Below, piece by piece: positions 29,281 through 38,862 of a stretch of DNA of 64,000 bases. The translations under genes were made by a program, and so were the position numbers. How positions within the stretch are numbered: the stretch's first letter is position 1; each line of letters opens with the position of its first letter. Source of the DNA: Candidatus Velesiimonas alkalicola (GTDB taxonomy: Bacteria; Omnitrophota; Gorgyraeia; Velesiimonadales; Velesiimonadaceae); the NCBI GenBank assembly GCA_013626165.1, contig NDHX01000001.1, positions 36,817 to 100,816 on the forward strand, in the 5' to 3' direction. Below the pieces are notes generated by a model, which saw only the letters and a list, made by a program, of their open reading frames with translations, had not been told where the DNA came from and did not search any database.

Positions 29281-29895
29281 ATGAAAATAATAGGGTTAAC
29301 AGGTTGTATAGGTTCAGGGAAAACAACGGTTGCAAAAATTTTAAAAAGGCTTGGAGCGCAGATTATAGAAGCAGATGCTGTCTCGCATCAGCTCATCCAG
29401 CCAACGCACACAGGGCCCTTAAATGCATGGAAAAAGGTAGTAAAGATTTTTGGCACAGATATACTTTCTGCCGATAATAGAATTGACAGGAAAAAACTTT
29501 CTGAGATTGTATTTTCTAACCCTTCTTGTTTAAGGAAATTAGAATCTATCCTTCATCCTATGATTATAAATAATATAAAAAAACAGATTTTATATTTTAA
29601 AAAACAATCGGCAAGTTTTATTGTTATTGAAGCTCCTCTTTTAATAGAAACCGGCCTTGATAAAATTGTTGATAAAATAATAGTTGTAAAAACCCCGCAA
29701 GATATAAGATTAAGAAGAGTGTCCAAAAAACTTAAAATCACCATCAAAGATGTAAAAGAAAGAGAAAAACATCAATTAACACAGAAACAAAAACTGAAAT
29801 ATGCAGATTTTGTTATAGATAATTCAGGAAGCATTAAAGAAACAAGAAAACAAGTGGAAAAAATAGTAGGTAGTATTGTAGGAGGTAGTAGGTAG
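29281..29895 (+). CDS. coaE: Dephospho-CoA kinase
   Basis: P-loop GLTGCIGSGKTT at the N-terminus, 204 aa. The last ~10 codons are encoded by a repeat element. Confidence 0.85.
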   Translation: MKIIGLTGCIGSGKTTVAKILKRLGAQIIEADAVSHQLIQPTHTGPLNAWKKVVKIFGTDILSADNRIDRKKLSEIVFSNPSCLRKLESILHPMIINNIKKQILYFKKQSASFIVIEAPLLIETGLDKIVDKIIVVKTPQDIRLRRVSKKLKITIKDVKEREKHQLTQKQKLKYADFVIDNSGSIKETRKQVEKIVGSIVGGSR

Positions 29896-29990
29896 GAGGA
29901 TGATTGGCACTCCATAGGACATAGTCCATCGACTATGGACTAAGTTCATTCCCTATCTACTACCTACTATTCCCTGCCTACTATGTTTAA
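29866..29990. repeat. Hairpin-forming GTAGG/TAGG-rich inverted-repeat element (copy 2) with an internal TAGTCCAT/ATGGACTA palindrome
   Basis: AATAGTAGGTAGTATTGTAGGAGGTAGTAGGTAGGAGG ... CCCTATCTACTACCTACTATTCCCTGCCTACTAT. The left arm overlaps the coaE 3' end. Confidence 0.7.
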
Positions 29991-29998
29991 GGAGAAAT

Positions 29999-31258
29999 AT
30001 GGAAATAGATATAACCAAACTTCAGGGGATGAAGATTTCGGGGCTTACAAAGATAGCAAAGGAATTGCATATCAGTGGTACAACAAGCATTAAAAAACAG
30101 GACCTTGTTTTTAAAATTCTTCAAACACAGGCTGAAAAAGAAGGATTTATGTTTGGACAGGGCGTTCTTGAGATATTGCCCGATGGTTTTGGATTTTTAA
30201 GAAGCCCTAAATATAATTATCTTCCCAGTCCGGATGATATTTATATATCACCTTCGCAGATAAGAAGGTTTAATCTCTTAACAGGAGACACAGTAAGCGG
30301 ACAGATGAGGCCCCCCAAAGAGGGAGAAAAATATTTTGCATTACTTAAAGTTAAAGCAGTGAATGATTCTGATCCTGAATTGTCAAAAGATATTCCGCTT
30401 TTTGATAATCTTATTCCACTGTATCCGCATGAAAGATTAGTCTTAGAAGTACAATCAGAAGAAGTGTCAACAAGAATAATAAATCTTCTTACCCCCATTG
30501 GTAAAGGGCAGAGGGGTCTGATAGTTGCTCCTCCGTATAGTGGTAAGACTGTTCTTCTTCAAAAAATAGCAAATGCAATAACAACAAATCATGAAGAGGT
30601 CTATCTGATAGTTCTTCTTATAGACGAAAGGCCTGAGGAAGTTACGGATATGCAAAGGTCTGTAAAAGGAGAGGTGATAAGCTCTACATTTGATGAGCCT
30701 GCTGAACGACATGTCCAGATTGCAGAGATAGTTCTTGAAAAGGCAAAAAGGCTTGTTGAACATAAAAAGGATGTGGTAATTCTTCTTGATAGTATTACCC
30801 GTCTTGCACGCGCATATAACACAGTTGTTCCACCTTCCGGGAAACTGCTTTCAGGCGGTGTTGATGCAAACGCACTTCACAAACCGAAAAGGTTTTTTGG
30901 TGCCGCAAGGTCTATTGAAGAAGGGGGAAGCCTTACAATCCTTGCAACTGCTCTGATAGATACAGGTTCTCGTATGGATGAGGTAATATTTGAAGAGTTT
31001 AAAGGCACAGGAAATATGGAACTAACACTGGACAGGTCCCTTTTCCAGAGAAGGATTTATCCAGCAATTGATATAAAAAAGTCAAACACAAGAAAAGAGG
31101 AGCTTTTACTTACCCCAGAGGAATTAAGGCTGATGTGGGTATTAAGAAAGGTATTAAATGAGATGAACGGTATTGAGGCGATGGAGGCTCTTGCAAATAG
31201 ATTAAAAAAGACTAAAACCAATGCAGAGTTTTTAAAGAATATTACACAGGGGTTGTGA
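29999..31258 (+). CDS. rho: Transcription termination factor Rho
   Basis: N-terminal RNA-binding domain, RecA-like ATPase with Walker A (PPYSGKT) and Q/R loops, 419 aa. Confidence 0.95.
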   Translation: MEIDITKLQGMKISGLTKIAKELHISGTTSIKKQDLVFKILQTQAEKEGFMFGQGVLEILPDGFGFLRSPKYNYLPSPDDIYISPSQIRRFNLLTGDTVSGQMRPPKEGEKYFALLKVKAVNDSDPELSKDIPLFDNLIPLYPHERLVLEVQSEEVSTRIINLLTPIGKGQRGLIVAPPYSGKTVLLQKIANAITTNHEEVYLIVLLIDERPEEVTDMQRSVKGEVISSTFDEPAERHVQIAEIVLEKAKRLVEHKKDVVILLDSITRLARAYNTVVPPSGKLLSGGVDANALHKPKRFFGAARSIEEGGSLTILATALIDTGSRMDEVIFEEFKGTGNMELTLDRSLFQRRIYPAIDIKKSNTRKEELLLTPEELRLMWVLRKVLNEMNGIEAMEALANRLKKTKTNAEFLKNITQGL

Positions 31259-31314
31259 ATGTGATACAATATTTTGGGGTCTGATGAGGTTTCTAAATAA
31301 TAAAAAGGAGCGAT

Positions 31315-31518
31315 ATGAAAGAAAAAATACATCCCATGTTAAAAGAAACAACAATAACCTGTGTGTGCGGGAATGTTATAAGGACACGCTCTACAAAAGA
31401 AAATATAAGAGTAGAAATATGTAGCAGTTGTCATCCTTTTTATACGGGCAAACAAAAATTTATTGATACCGCAGGACGCATAGATAGATTCAAAAAAAAG
31501 TATGGAAAAAAGCCTTGA
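31315..31518 (+). CDS. rpmE: 50S ribosomal protein L31 (zinc-binding form)
   Basis: 67 aa with CxC...CxxCH, FYTGKQ signature. Confidence 0.9.
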   Translation: MKEKIHPMLKETTITCVCGNVIRTRSTKENIRVEICSSCHPFYTGKQKFIDTAGRIDRFKKKYGKKP

Positions 31519-32593
31519 AGAAACTACAAAAAAGTATTTTGAAGGTCTTTTAAACAGAATAAAAGAAATTGACGCTCTGTTCTCCGGCGGAACCTCTGAT
31601 ACATCTTCTTATATAAATCTTGCGAAGGAAAAAAATAAAATCCTTCCCTTGGTTGAAACATACAACAGGTTCTGCTCTATTTGTAGACAGTATGAAGATA
31701 CAGAGCAATTACTTTCAACTGTTCAAGAAGACCAACAGATTATCGAACTTGCCAGAGAAGAATTAACAAGCCTTCAAAATGAAAAGGCAGAGATTCTTAC
31801 AAAACTTGAAGATTTTCTCATCGGTGAAAAAAAGGAAGAGAATCAGAATATTATACTTGAGATAAGGGCCGGAACAGGAGGGGCAGAAGCAGCACTTTTT
31901 GTTGCCGACCTTTGCCGTATGTATAACAGATATGCACAATCAAAAGGCTGGAAGTGGGAATCTATGGATACACACCCTTCGGAGTTTGGCGGATTAAAAG
32001 AGGTGGTTATTAGTATAGAGGGTGAAAGTGTCTATAACCTGATGAAGCATGAAAGCGGTGTGCACAGAGTCCAGAGGGTTCCGGTTACAGAGGCAGGCGG
32101 CAGGATACATACTTCTACTGCAAGCGTGGCTGTTATGCAGGAGGCAGAAGATATAGATATAAAAATAGATCCTAAAGATATAAAAATAGATGTTTATCGT
32201 TCAGGTGGTAAGGGTGGACAGGGTGTAAATACAACAGATTCTGCTGTTCGTCTTACACATGTCCCCAGTAAGATGGTTGTAACCTGCCAGGATGAAAGGT
32301 CGCAATTGAAAAATAAAAACAGGGCAATGAAAGTATTAAGGGCAAGGCTATATGATTTATATAAAAAAGAACAGGAAAAAGAACTTGCAAAAACAAGAAA
32401 ATTGCAGATTGGAAGTGCAGAAAGAAGTGAAAAAATAAGGACATATAATTTTTCCGAACACAGAATAACAGACCATAGAATTGGGCTAACAGCTTATAGG
32501 CTACAGGAAGTAATGGACGGGAATCTTGATATAATATTAGAACCCCTTCTTACTTTTGCAAGAGAAGAGCAGTTGAAAAAAATTTTAGTATGA
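31502..32593 (+). CDS. prfA: Peptide chain release factor 1
   Basis: GGQ motif ([20 protein letters not shown]) and an RF1-type PxT-region domain. Overlaps the rpmE stop. Confidence 0.9.
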   Translation: MEKSLEETTKKYFEGLLNRIKEIDALFSGGTSDTSSYINLAKEKNKILPLVETYNRFCSICRQYEDTEQLLSTVQEDQQIIELAREELTSLQNEKAEILTKLEDFLIGEKKEENQNIILEIRAGTGGAEAALFVADLCRMYNRYAQSKGWKWESMDTHPSEFGGLKEVVISIEGESVYNLMKHESGVHRVQRVPVTEAGGRIHTSTASVAVMQEAEDIDIKIDPKDIKIDVYRSGGKGGQGVNTTDSAVRLTHVPSKMVVTCQDERSQLKNKNRAMKVLRARLYDLYKKEQEKELAKTRKLQIGSAERSEKIRTYNFSEHRITDHRIGLTAYRLQEVMDGNLDIILEPLLTFAREEQLKKILV

Positions 32594-33420
32594 TTCAAAC
32601 TCCAATTAATGTTGTCCAAGAGGGAACGGGGCTTCTTTCTGATGTAGATGGAATAAAAAATCCTGAACAGGAGGCCGCTTTTTTATTCAGAGAATTGTTT
32701 GGAGAAGAATATTGTTTTTTTGAGGGAGAAATTTTAAAATCCCGTTATTCTAAATATATTGAATATATAAATAAAAGAAGAGCTCTTTACCCTATCCAAT
32801 ATATAACCGGAAAGGCATATTTTGATGATATAATTTATGAGGTTGGCGAGGGAGTTTTTATACCGAGGCAGGATACAGAATTACTTATAGAAGAAGCAGT
32901 AAGGGTTTATAAAGGCGGTAACATACTTGATATATGCACAGGCTGTGGCAATATAGCCATTAGTCTTGCAAAAAGATTTAAGGAAAGCAGAATATTTGCA
33001 ACTGATATATCACAGAAGGCAATCTCTTGTGCAAAAAAAAATGCACACAGGATCCTTCCCTGTTATGATATAAGATGGATGTGTACAAATTTGTGGAATG
33101 GAATAAGCAATACAAAATTTTCTCTTATTGTCTCAAATCCGCCTTACCTTTCATCAAAGGATTTGTTAAATATTCCGGATAATGTCAAAAAAGAACCCAT
33201 AACAGCATTATATGGCGGGAAAAACGGGTGTGTAATCATTAAAAGAATAATAAAAAAGGCATGGCAGATGTTAGAAGACGGCGGTTATATTCTGATTGAG
33301 ATAGGAGATAATCACAAAATAGATGTTTTAAGTATGGCAGAAGGAACAAAACGGTACAAAAGATTTTATACAATAAAAAATTTATTCGGTATTGACAGGA
33401 TATTGTGCTTACGGGGCTGA
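32590..33420 (+). CDS. prmC: Release factor glutamine N5-methyltransferase
   Basis: NPPY motif (VSNPPYL) and SAM-binding DICTGCG. Overlaps the prfA stop. Confidence 0.85.
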   Translation: MIQTPINVVQEGTGLLSDVDGIKNPEQEAAFLFRELFGEEYCFFEGEILKSRYSKYIEYINKRRALYPIQYITGKAYFDDIIYEVGEGVFIPRQDTELLIEEAVRVYKGGNILDICTGCGNIAISLAKRFKESRIFATDISQKAISCAKKNAHRILPCYDIRWMCTNLWNGISNTKFSLIVSNPPYLSSKDLLNIPDNVKKEPITALYGGKNGCVIIKRIIKKAWQMLEDGGYILIEIGDNHKIDVLSMAEGTKRYKRFYTIKNLFGIDRILCLRG

Positions 33421-33424
33421 ATTT

Positions 33425-34687
33425 ATGGATAAATTTGTCATAGAAGGTGGGTATGAACTAAAGGGAAGTATTCAGGTAAGCGGCTCAAAAAATTCTGCTC
33501 TTCCAATACTTGCTGCAACACTTCTTACAAATGAACCGTGTGTTATAGAAAATGTTCCTAATCTGAAAGACACCCGCTCTATGATAAAACTTTTAAAGGG
33601 GCTTGGTGCAGATATTCAATGGACAGGAACAACCATAATGGTTCATTCAGGTGAAGATATAGGAACAGAGGCTCCTTATGAGATTGTCCGAGAGATGAGA
33701 GCATCGTTCTGTGTTCTTGGACCTATTCTTGCAAGAAAAAAAACAGCCAGAGTATCTTTTCCTGGTGGGTGTATTATAGGAGCAAGACCTGTTGACCTGC
33801 ATCTTAAGGGAATGTCTTTACTTGGTGCAGATATAAAAATAGAAGACGGTTATGTTGTTGCAAATACAAAAGGATTAAGGGGTTCACGGATATATCTTGC
33901 AGGAGCCTACGGCTCGTCTGTTCTTGCAACAGCAAATGTTATGATGGCGGCAAGTCTTGCAAAAGGCACCACACTTATAGAAAACGCGGCTTCTGAACCG
34001 GAGGTTGCCGACCTTGCAAGGTTTCTTATAAAAATGGGTGCAAAGATAAAAGGCACAGGCAACTCTATTTTAGAAATAACAGGTGTCCAACACTTAAAAG
34101 GTATCAGGCACAGGATAATACCGGACAGGATTGAGGCAGGGACATTTGCAATTGCAGGCGCAATGATTGGTGAGGATGTAAAAATAAAAAATTGTATAAA
34201 TGAGCATATGGGCGCGGTAATTAATTTTTTAAAAGAGGCAGATATTCCCTTACAAGCAAAAGAGGACTACTTATGGGTAAGGAAACCCAAATCAAGAAAA
34301 AGTGTAAGCATTACAACACTTCCTTACCCCGGTTTTCCGACAGATCTTCAGGCACAGGCAATGGCTTTAATGTCTATTACACCCGGGATATCTGTTATAT
34401 GTGAAAAAATTTTTCCGAATAGGTTTACACATGTTGCAGAACTGGGCAGGATGGGGGCAAATATAGGAATAGAGGGGCAGTCTGCTATTGTTCAGGGCGT
34501 TAAATATTTAAGCGGTGCGCCGCTTACGGTATCTGATTTAAGGGCGGGCGCAGCACTTGTCCTTGCAGGACTTGTTGCGAAAGGAAAAACAGAGGTTTTG
34601 CGTGCGTATCATCTTGATAGAGGATATGAACAGATGGAACAAAAACTCTCTAAACTCGGTGCTTGTATAAAAAGAGAAAAGGAGTGA
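33425..34687 (+). CDS. murA: UDP-N-acetylglucosamine 1-carboxyvinyltransferase
   Basis: EPSP-synthase-fold enzyme with the catalytic Cys loop (RPVDLHLKG region). Start chosen at the ATG 33425 (MDKFVIEGG). Confidence 0.9.
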   Translation: MDKFVIEGGYELKGSIQVSGSKNSALPILAATLLTNEPCVIENVPNLKDTRSMIKLLKGLGADIQWTGTTIMVHSGEDIGTEAPYEIVREMRASFCVLGPILARKKTARVSFPGGCIIGARPVDLHLKGMSLLGADIKIEDGYVVANTKGLRGSRIYLAGAYGSSVLATANVMMAASLAKGTTLIENAASEPEVADLARFLIKMGAKIKGTGNSILEITGVQHLKGIRHRIIPDRIEAGTFAIAGAMIGEDVKIKNCINEHMGAVINFLKEADIPLQAKEDYLWVRKPKSRKSVSITTLPYPGFPTDLQAQAMALMSITPGISVICEKIFPNRFTHVAELGRMGANIGIEGQSAIVQGVKYLSGAPLTVSDLRAGAALVLAGLVAKGKTEVLRAYHLDRGYEQMEQKLSKLGACIKREKE

Positions 34688-34691
34688 TCAT

Positions 34692-34943
34692 ATGGTAGTA
34701 ATAAGACTAAAAAGATTTGGAACACATAAAAGGCCGTTTTATCGTGTTATTGCTTGTGATAAACGGGTTCCAAGAGAAGGCAGGGCCCTTGAAGAACTTG
34801 GGTATTATGACCCAATTCCAAATCCTGCTGTTATAAAATTAAAACGGGATAGAATAGAATACTGGATAAGCAAAGGTGCAAAACTTTCTGAAACAGTGGA
34901 AAGTTTGTTAAAATCAAAAAATAAAACACCCATCAGTAGTTAG
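34692..34943 (+). CDS. rpsP: 30S ribosomal protein S16
   Basis: MVVIRLKRFGTHKRPFYRV N-terminus. Confidence 0.9.
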   Translation: MVVIRLKRFGTHKRPFYRVIACDKRVPREGRALEELGYYDPIPNPAVIKLKRDRIEYWISKGAKLSETVESLLKSKNKTPISS

Positions 34944-34958
34944 ATATAAGATTTCGAT

Positions 34959-35654
34959 ATGAAAATAGATATACTTACACTATTTCCGGAAATGTTTGAT
35001 TGTATTGTTAAGACATCTATGTGGAAGATTGCCATAAAAAGAAGTGCCGTAGATATACAGGTGCATAACATAAGGGATTGGACATATAATAAGCATAAAA
35101 AAGCAGACGACAGACCATATGGTGGAGGGGCTGGTATGGTTTTAAGTCCTGAACCCATATTTGAGGCAGTAGAGCAATTGCGTTCTAAAAGTCCATATCC
35201 AAAAGATGTTCATATAATTCTTACCATCCCCAGAGGGGTTCTTTTTACACAGGCACAGGCACAACATATTTCAACATATAAACATATAATTGTTTTGTGT
35301 GGACATTATGAAGGTATAGACGAAAGAGTTTCAGAGGTGCTTGTTACAGATGAAATTTCAATAGGAGATTATATTCTTACATCAGGCGAAATTGCAGGAA
35401 TGGTTATAATAGATGCAGTATTAAGGCTTGTTCCCGGTGTTTTAGGTGACCCAAATTCAAAGTACGAAGAATCATTCCTAACAGGGACATTAGAATATCC
35501 TCATTACACAAGACCTTCACAGTACAGGGGATTGAATGTGCCAGATGTTCTTCTTTCAGGTAACCATAAGGCCATAAAAAAATGGAGAAAAGAGCAGGCA
35601 GAAAAAATAACAAGAGAAAAAAGACCAGATTTGTTAAAAAAAGATAGGCCTTAA
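34959..35654 (+). CDS. trmD: tRNA (guanine37-N1)-methyltransferase
   Basis: SPOUT-fold protein with the MKIDILTLFPEMF N-terminus, 231 aa. Confidence 0.9.
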   Translation: MKIDILTLFPEMFDCIVKTSMWKIAIKRSAVDIQVHNIRDWTYNKHKKADDRPYGGGAGMVLSPEPIFEAVEQLRSKSPYPKDVHIILTIPRGVLFTQAQAQHISTYKHIIVLCGHYEGIDERVSEVLVTDEISIGDYILTSGEIAGMVIIDAVLRLVPGVLGDPNSKYEESFLTGTLEYPHYTRPSQYRGLNVPDVLLSGNHKAIKKWRKEQAEKITREKRPDLLKKDRP

Positions 35655-35695
35655 GCTCCTTGCACTTACAGGAGTTAAGGTAAGTAGGAGGCAGA

Positions 35696-36181
35696 ATGGC
35701 AGCACTTAATAGCTTAAAAAAAATTGGTTTAATAGAAAGCGGTTTTTTAAAAAAGGATATTCCATCTTTTAGTGTAGGAGATACTGTTCGTATATACACA
35801 AAGATAACAGAAGAAGAGAAGACAAGGACACAGATGTTTGAAGGCACTGTTATAAGAAAGTCAGGGAAGTCTATATCCTCAACGGTTATATTAAGAAAAG
35901 TAATAGGTTCTGATGCAGTGGAAAAGATGTTCCCCTTACATTCTCCGAATGTTGATAAAATAATAAAGGTAAAAAGTGGCAAAGTAAGACGGGCCCGTCT
36001 TTATTACCTGAGGCACAGACTTGGAAAGGGACTAAAAATTGAAAGCTACCAGCCCACCCATGGCGTTGAAAACCTTACCCATTCCACTGGGCGGGAAGTC
36101 TTGGCCGAAAAAGGCAGAAAGAAGCAGGAATCAAAAACGGCTCCAGAGACTGCTCCAGCTGGACAGGGAACTTCGCAGTAA
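35696..36181 (+). CDS. rplS: 50S ribosomal protein L19 with an unusual ~40-aa C-terminal extension
   Basis: The L19 core ends around KGLKIES. The ORF continues 44 residues (K/E/P/A-rich) to a stop at 36181, overlapping the start of rnhB. Confidence 0.8.
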   Translation: MAALNSLKKIGLIESGFLKKDIPSFSVGDTVRIYTKITEEEKTRTQMFEGTVIRKSGKSISSTVILRKVIGSDAVEKMFPLHSPNVDKIIKVKSGKVRRARLYYLRHRLGKGLKIESYQPTHGVENLTHSTGREVLAEKGRKKQESKTAPETAPAGQGTSQ

Positions 36182-36779
36182 GGGTTATAAAACAATCGCA
36201 GGTGTAGACGAAGCAGGCAGAGGTCCTTTAGCAGGGCCTGTTGTATCTGCTGCTGTGTGTCTTCTACAAACAGATTTCACATCTGTTATTGCAGACTCAA
36301 AGCTCCTTTCAAACAAGCAGAGGCAGGAAGCATATATTGAAATACTAAGAAAAGCATATATTGGTATAGGAATAGCCGCAGAAGGCAGGATTGATGCCGA
36401 TAATATTCACAGGGCTACGCTTTATTCAATGAAAAAGGCTGTGAACAATTTAATTGTCAAGCCTGATTGTATTATTGTAGACGGTCCTTATACTCCAAAG
36501 TTTGATTTTGAAATTCCAGCCTTTCCGATAGTGTCTGGTGATAACAGGTCCTGCAGTATTGCCTGCGCCTCAATTATTGCAAAGGTTACAAGAGACTGGA
36601 TTATGGACCACTATGATAAGGTTTTCCCTTCCTACGGATTTTCAAAAAACAAAGGCTATGGAACCCCCTTCCATCTTTCTTCAATAAAAAATTTAGGGCT
36701 CTCCTCTATTCATAGAAAAACATTTATAATCAAGTCGCTTGCCGCTTCTTATGTTGTTCCTGTAAAACTTGTCCCCTGA
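36039..36779 (+). CDS. rnhB: Ribonuclease HII
   Basis: IAGVDEAGRGPLAGPVV catalytic motif, preceded by the typical LQRLLQLDRELRSKGY helix. The start codon is uncertain (ATG 36039 or 36060). Either start overlaps the rplS extension in a different frame. Confidence 0.85.
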   Translation: MKATSPPMALKTLPIPLGGKSWPKKAERSRNQKRLQRLLQLDRELRSKGYKTIAGVDEAGRGPLAGPVVSAAVCLLQTDFTSVIADSKLLSNKQRQEAYIEILRKAYIGIGIAAEGRIDADNIHRATLYSMKKAVNNLIVKPDCIIVDGPYTPKFDFEIPAFPIVSGDNRSCSIACASIIAKVTRDWIMDHYDKVFPSYGFSKNKGYGTPFHLSSIKNLGLSSIHRKTFIIKSLAASYVVPVKLVP

Positions 36780-36855
36780 CTTTTATGTGGGGCAGGTTTA
36801 GAATAAATTTAAAATTAGTGAGGAAAATCTCAATGTATATCTCAGAGTTAAAATT

Positions 36856-37212
36856 ATGGATAACTTAGGAAAAACAGGTGAAAAACATGCGGTCAACTTC
36901 TTAAAACAAAACGGATACAGGATACAACAATGCAACTGGAAGTGTCCGTTGGGCGAGATTGATATAATTGCATCTGACAGGGATATATTGTGTATCATAG
37001 AGGTTAAGACAAGACAAGACCAAGAGTTTGGAGGGCCCTGGGATGCAATAAATGATAGGAAAAAACACAAAATATCAAAACTTGCCCAGTGGTATTGTAG
37101 CCAAAAAGGTATAAAAAACAGATCTCTCAGATTTGATGTGGTTCTGTTATGGGCAGATTCCGATGGTAAGATAACAAATACTGAACTTTTAAGAGATGCA
37201 ATCAGGTTGTAG
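36856..37212 (+). CDS. yraN: YraN-family (UPF0102) endonuclease-fold protein
   Basis: GExxAxxFLxxxGYxI ... DIIAxxxxxLxIIEVKTR signature, and the conserved rnhB-yraN linkage. Confidence 0.85.
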   Translation: MDNLGKTGEKHAVNFLKQNGYRIQQCNWKCPLGEIDIIASDRDILCIIEVKTRQDQEFGGPWDAINDRKKHKISKLAQWYCSQKGIKNRSLRFDVVLLWADSDGKITNTELLRDAIRL

Positions 37213-37369
37213 TGTGGTGTTTTGCTTGTTCCACTTGTCCTGTTATTGTGAATGAAATGAAACAAACCCTGTTTTCATAATACTTAAAACTGCCACCCTG
37301 ATCTTAAGAGCATTCGGGACAAGTGAGTTTCTGTACTACAGGAATAAAATAATTAGAAAAGAAAAATAT

Positions 37370-37855
37370 ATGAAAAAACTCGTTGTCTATTATTCCTTTG
37401 AAGGCAATACAAAACTAATTGCTGAACATATTGCAAAGATGATAAATGCGGATATTCTTGAACTGAAACCAAAAATAGAAATTAAAACGAAAGGATTTAT
37501 GAAATATTTCTGGGGAGGAAAACAAGCTGTGTTGAAAACCAAACCAGAATTATTGCCTTTTGATAAAAGTGTTCAGGATTATGATGTATTATTTATAGGT
37601 ACTCCTGTATGGGCCTGGACATATACACCTCCGCTTAACACATTGTTTACTTCTTGTCATATATCAGATAAAAAAATAGCTCTGTTCTGTTGCCATGGTG
37701 GAAGTAGAGGAAAAATTTTTGATAAAATGAAAAAGGCATTGGGAAACAATCAAATTTTAGGAGAAATTGATTTTCAAGACCCATTAAAAAACAATACTGA
37801 TGCAAATATCCAAAGAGCAAAAAAATGGGCAGAAAATATAATAAAAAACTTATAA
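37370..37855 (+). CDS. Flavodoxin-like protein
   Basis: MKKLVVYYSFEGNTKLIAEHIA flavodoxin N-terminal FMN-binding loop, 161 aa. Confidence 0.75.
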   Translation: MKKLVVYYSFEGNTKLIAEHIAKMINADILELKPKIEIKTKGFMKYFWGGKQAVLKTKPELLPFDKSVQDYDVLFIGTPVWAWTYTPPLNTLFTSCHISDKKIALFCCHGGSRGKIFDKMKKALGNNQILGEIDFQDPLKNNTDANIQRAKKWAENIIKNL

Positions 37856-37937
37856 CGATTAACACAGTATGATGGTGACAAAACTTCACCTAACACGGCA
37901 TAAAGGGTTCGTGTTTAACGGTCTTTGTCTAAATTTT

Positions 37938-37996
37938 TGCTTCGCAAAAACTTCTTTTATGCTGGGAATGTTAGGCGAAATTTTGCGGTCATTTCT
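37938..37996. repeat. Left copy of an imperfect direct repeat flanking the R-M cassette
   Basis: TTGCTTCGCAAAAACTTCTTTTATGCTGGGAATGTTAGGCGAAATTTTGCGGTCATTTC. It aligns with 39704-39757 (TTGCTCCGCAACTTCGTTTGTGCTGGAAACGTTAAGCGAAACGGCGGTTTC). Weaker similarity extends ~50 nt further left. Confidence 0.75.
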
Positions 37997-38026
37997 ATAA
38001 GGTATTGTTTATAATACGATTACGAT

Positions 38027-38860
38027 ATGGACAAAAAAGAACTCGGGTCTAAAACTGCTAAAGGCGGTTTTGCCAATGAAAAAAGTATATGTAAGAAGTT
38101 TAATTCTTGGCAAAACGATAACGAAGCTCAGGAATGGCTTAAAATCATGGGCTACCATATTGATAAGCTGTCTTCAGTTAAAGCAATTCAAATTCCAACC
38201 AGAATAAAGAAAACCGATTTAGATAAATTTGAAATAGACGAGGAAGAATATGAAGCGTTAATGAAATTCAAAAAGGCTGATGCTCAAATAAGAATAATCA
38301 TAAAAATCGGTAATCTCCTGAAAATTGAAAATCTATCTCTAAAAAAGGCTAATTCCGATGCAGATTATAACCAAATTGATAAAAGAACCGTCGAGGCATA
38401 CCAAGAGATGTGGGGCTTTGATAATGAGATCGCTTTATGGCTAAAACTTTTCACGGGTGAATTAAATCCAAAATCATATTCAAAACTGGTAGGTAAAACC
38501 TCATTGAGAGACAAAAGGAGATTATTTATTAATGAAATGCCTGAAAGGATACAGGATAAAATTATCACCTTCTTCAAAAAGAATCGCATTATTGTAGTAA
38601 GCGACATATTAAAAGGGAGAGGCGGTCTATCTGCTAATTGGATGCTGGTAACCCGTTATAATAGAAGTGAGGATACAACTATATGGGCACTAAAAGATAT
38701 CAACACCGCAATGAATTTATTCGGCGGCGGTGATATTAAAATTTCACCCAAAGGTAGCCTTTACATTGGTAGAATCACAGCACAAAGAAAGGGTGGAACT
38801 CCTGACCCTACGAAGTTACAGTTCAAGATAAAACCTTGTGAATTATTTGAATTAGGGTAA
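38027..38860 (+). CDS. Candidate Type II restriction endonuclease (cognate of the downstream methyltransferase); no confidently recognised family
   Basis: 277 aa with no recognisable housekeeping domain, sitting 2 nt upstream of a DNA amino-methyltransferase. The C-terminal segment KGGTPDPTKLQFK is reminiscent of the C-termini of MspI/HinP1I-type enzymes (weak, from memory). Confidence 0.5.
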   Translation: MDKKELGSKTAKGGFANEKSICKKFNSWQNDNEAQEWLKIMGYHIDKLSSVKAIQIPTRIKKTDLDKFEIDEEEYEALMKFKKADAQIRIIIKIGNLLKIENLSLKKANSDADYNQIDKRTVEAYQEMWGFDNEIALWLKLFTGELNPKSYSKLVGKTSLRDKRRLFINEMPERIQDKIITFFKKNRIIVVSDILKGRGGLSANWMLVTRYNRSEDTTIWALKDINTAMNLFGGGDIKISPKGSLYIGRITAQRKGGTPDPTKLQFKIKPCELFELG

Positions 38861-38862
38861 AT

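Noticed and set aside
34943-34959. Missing rimM (and KH-domain gene) between rpsP and trmD
   Set aside because: Only a 15-bp gap separates rpsP and trmD. Absence of rimM from this operon occurs in several lineages and it may be encoded elsewhere, so this is not evidence of anything unusual by itself.
35404-35982. 192-aa minus-strand ORF spanning the trmD/rplS junction
   Set aside because: Antisense to two well-supported genes and their intergenic RBS.
36798-37265. 155-aa minus-strand ORF
   Set aside because: Antisense to yraN (conserved UPF0102 motifs on the plus strand). The minus translation has no recognisable features.
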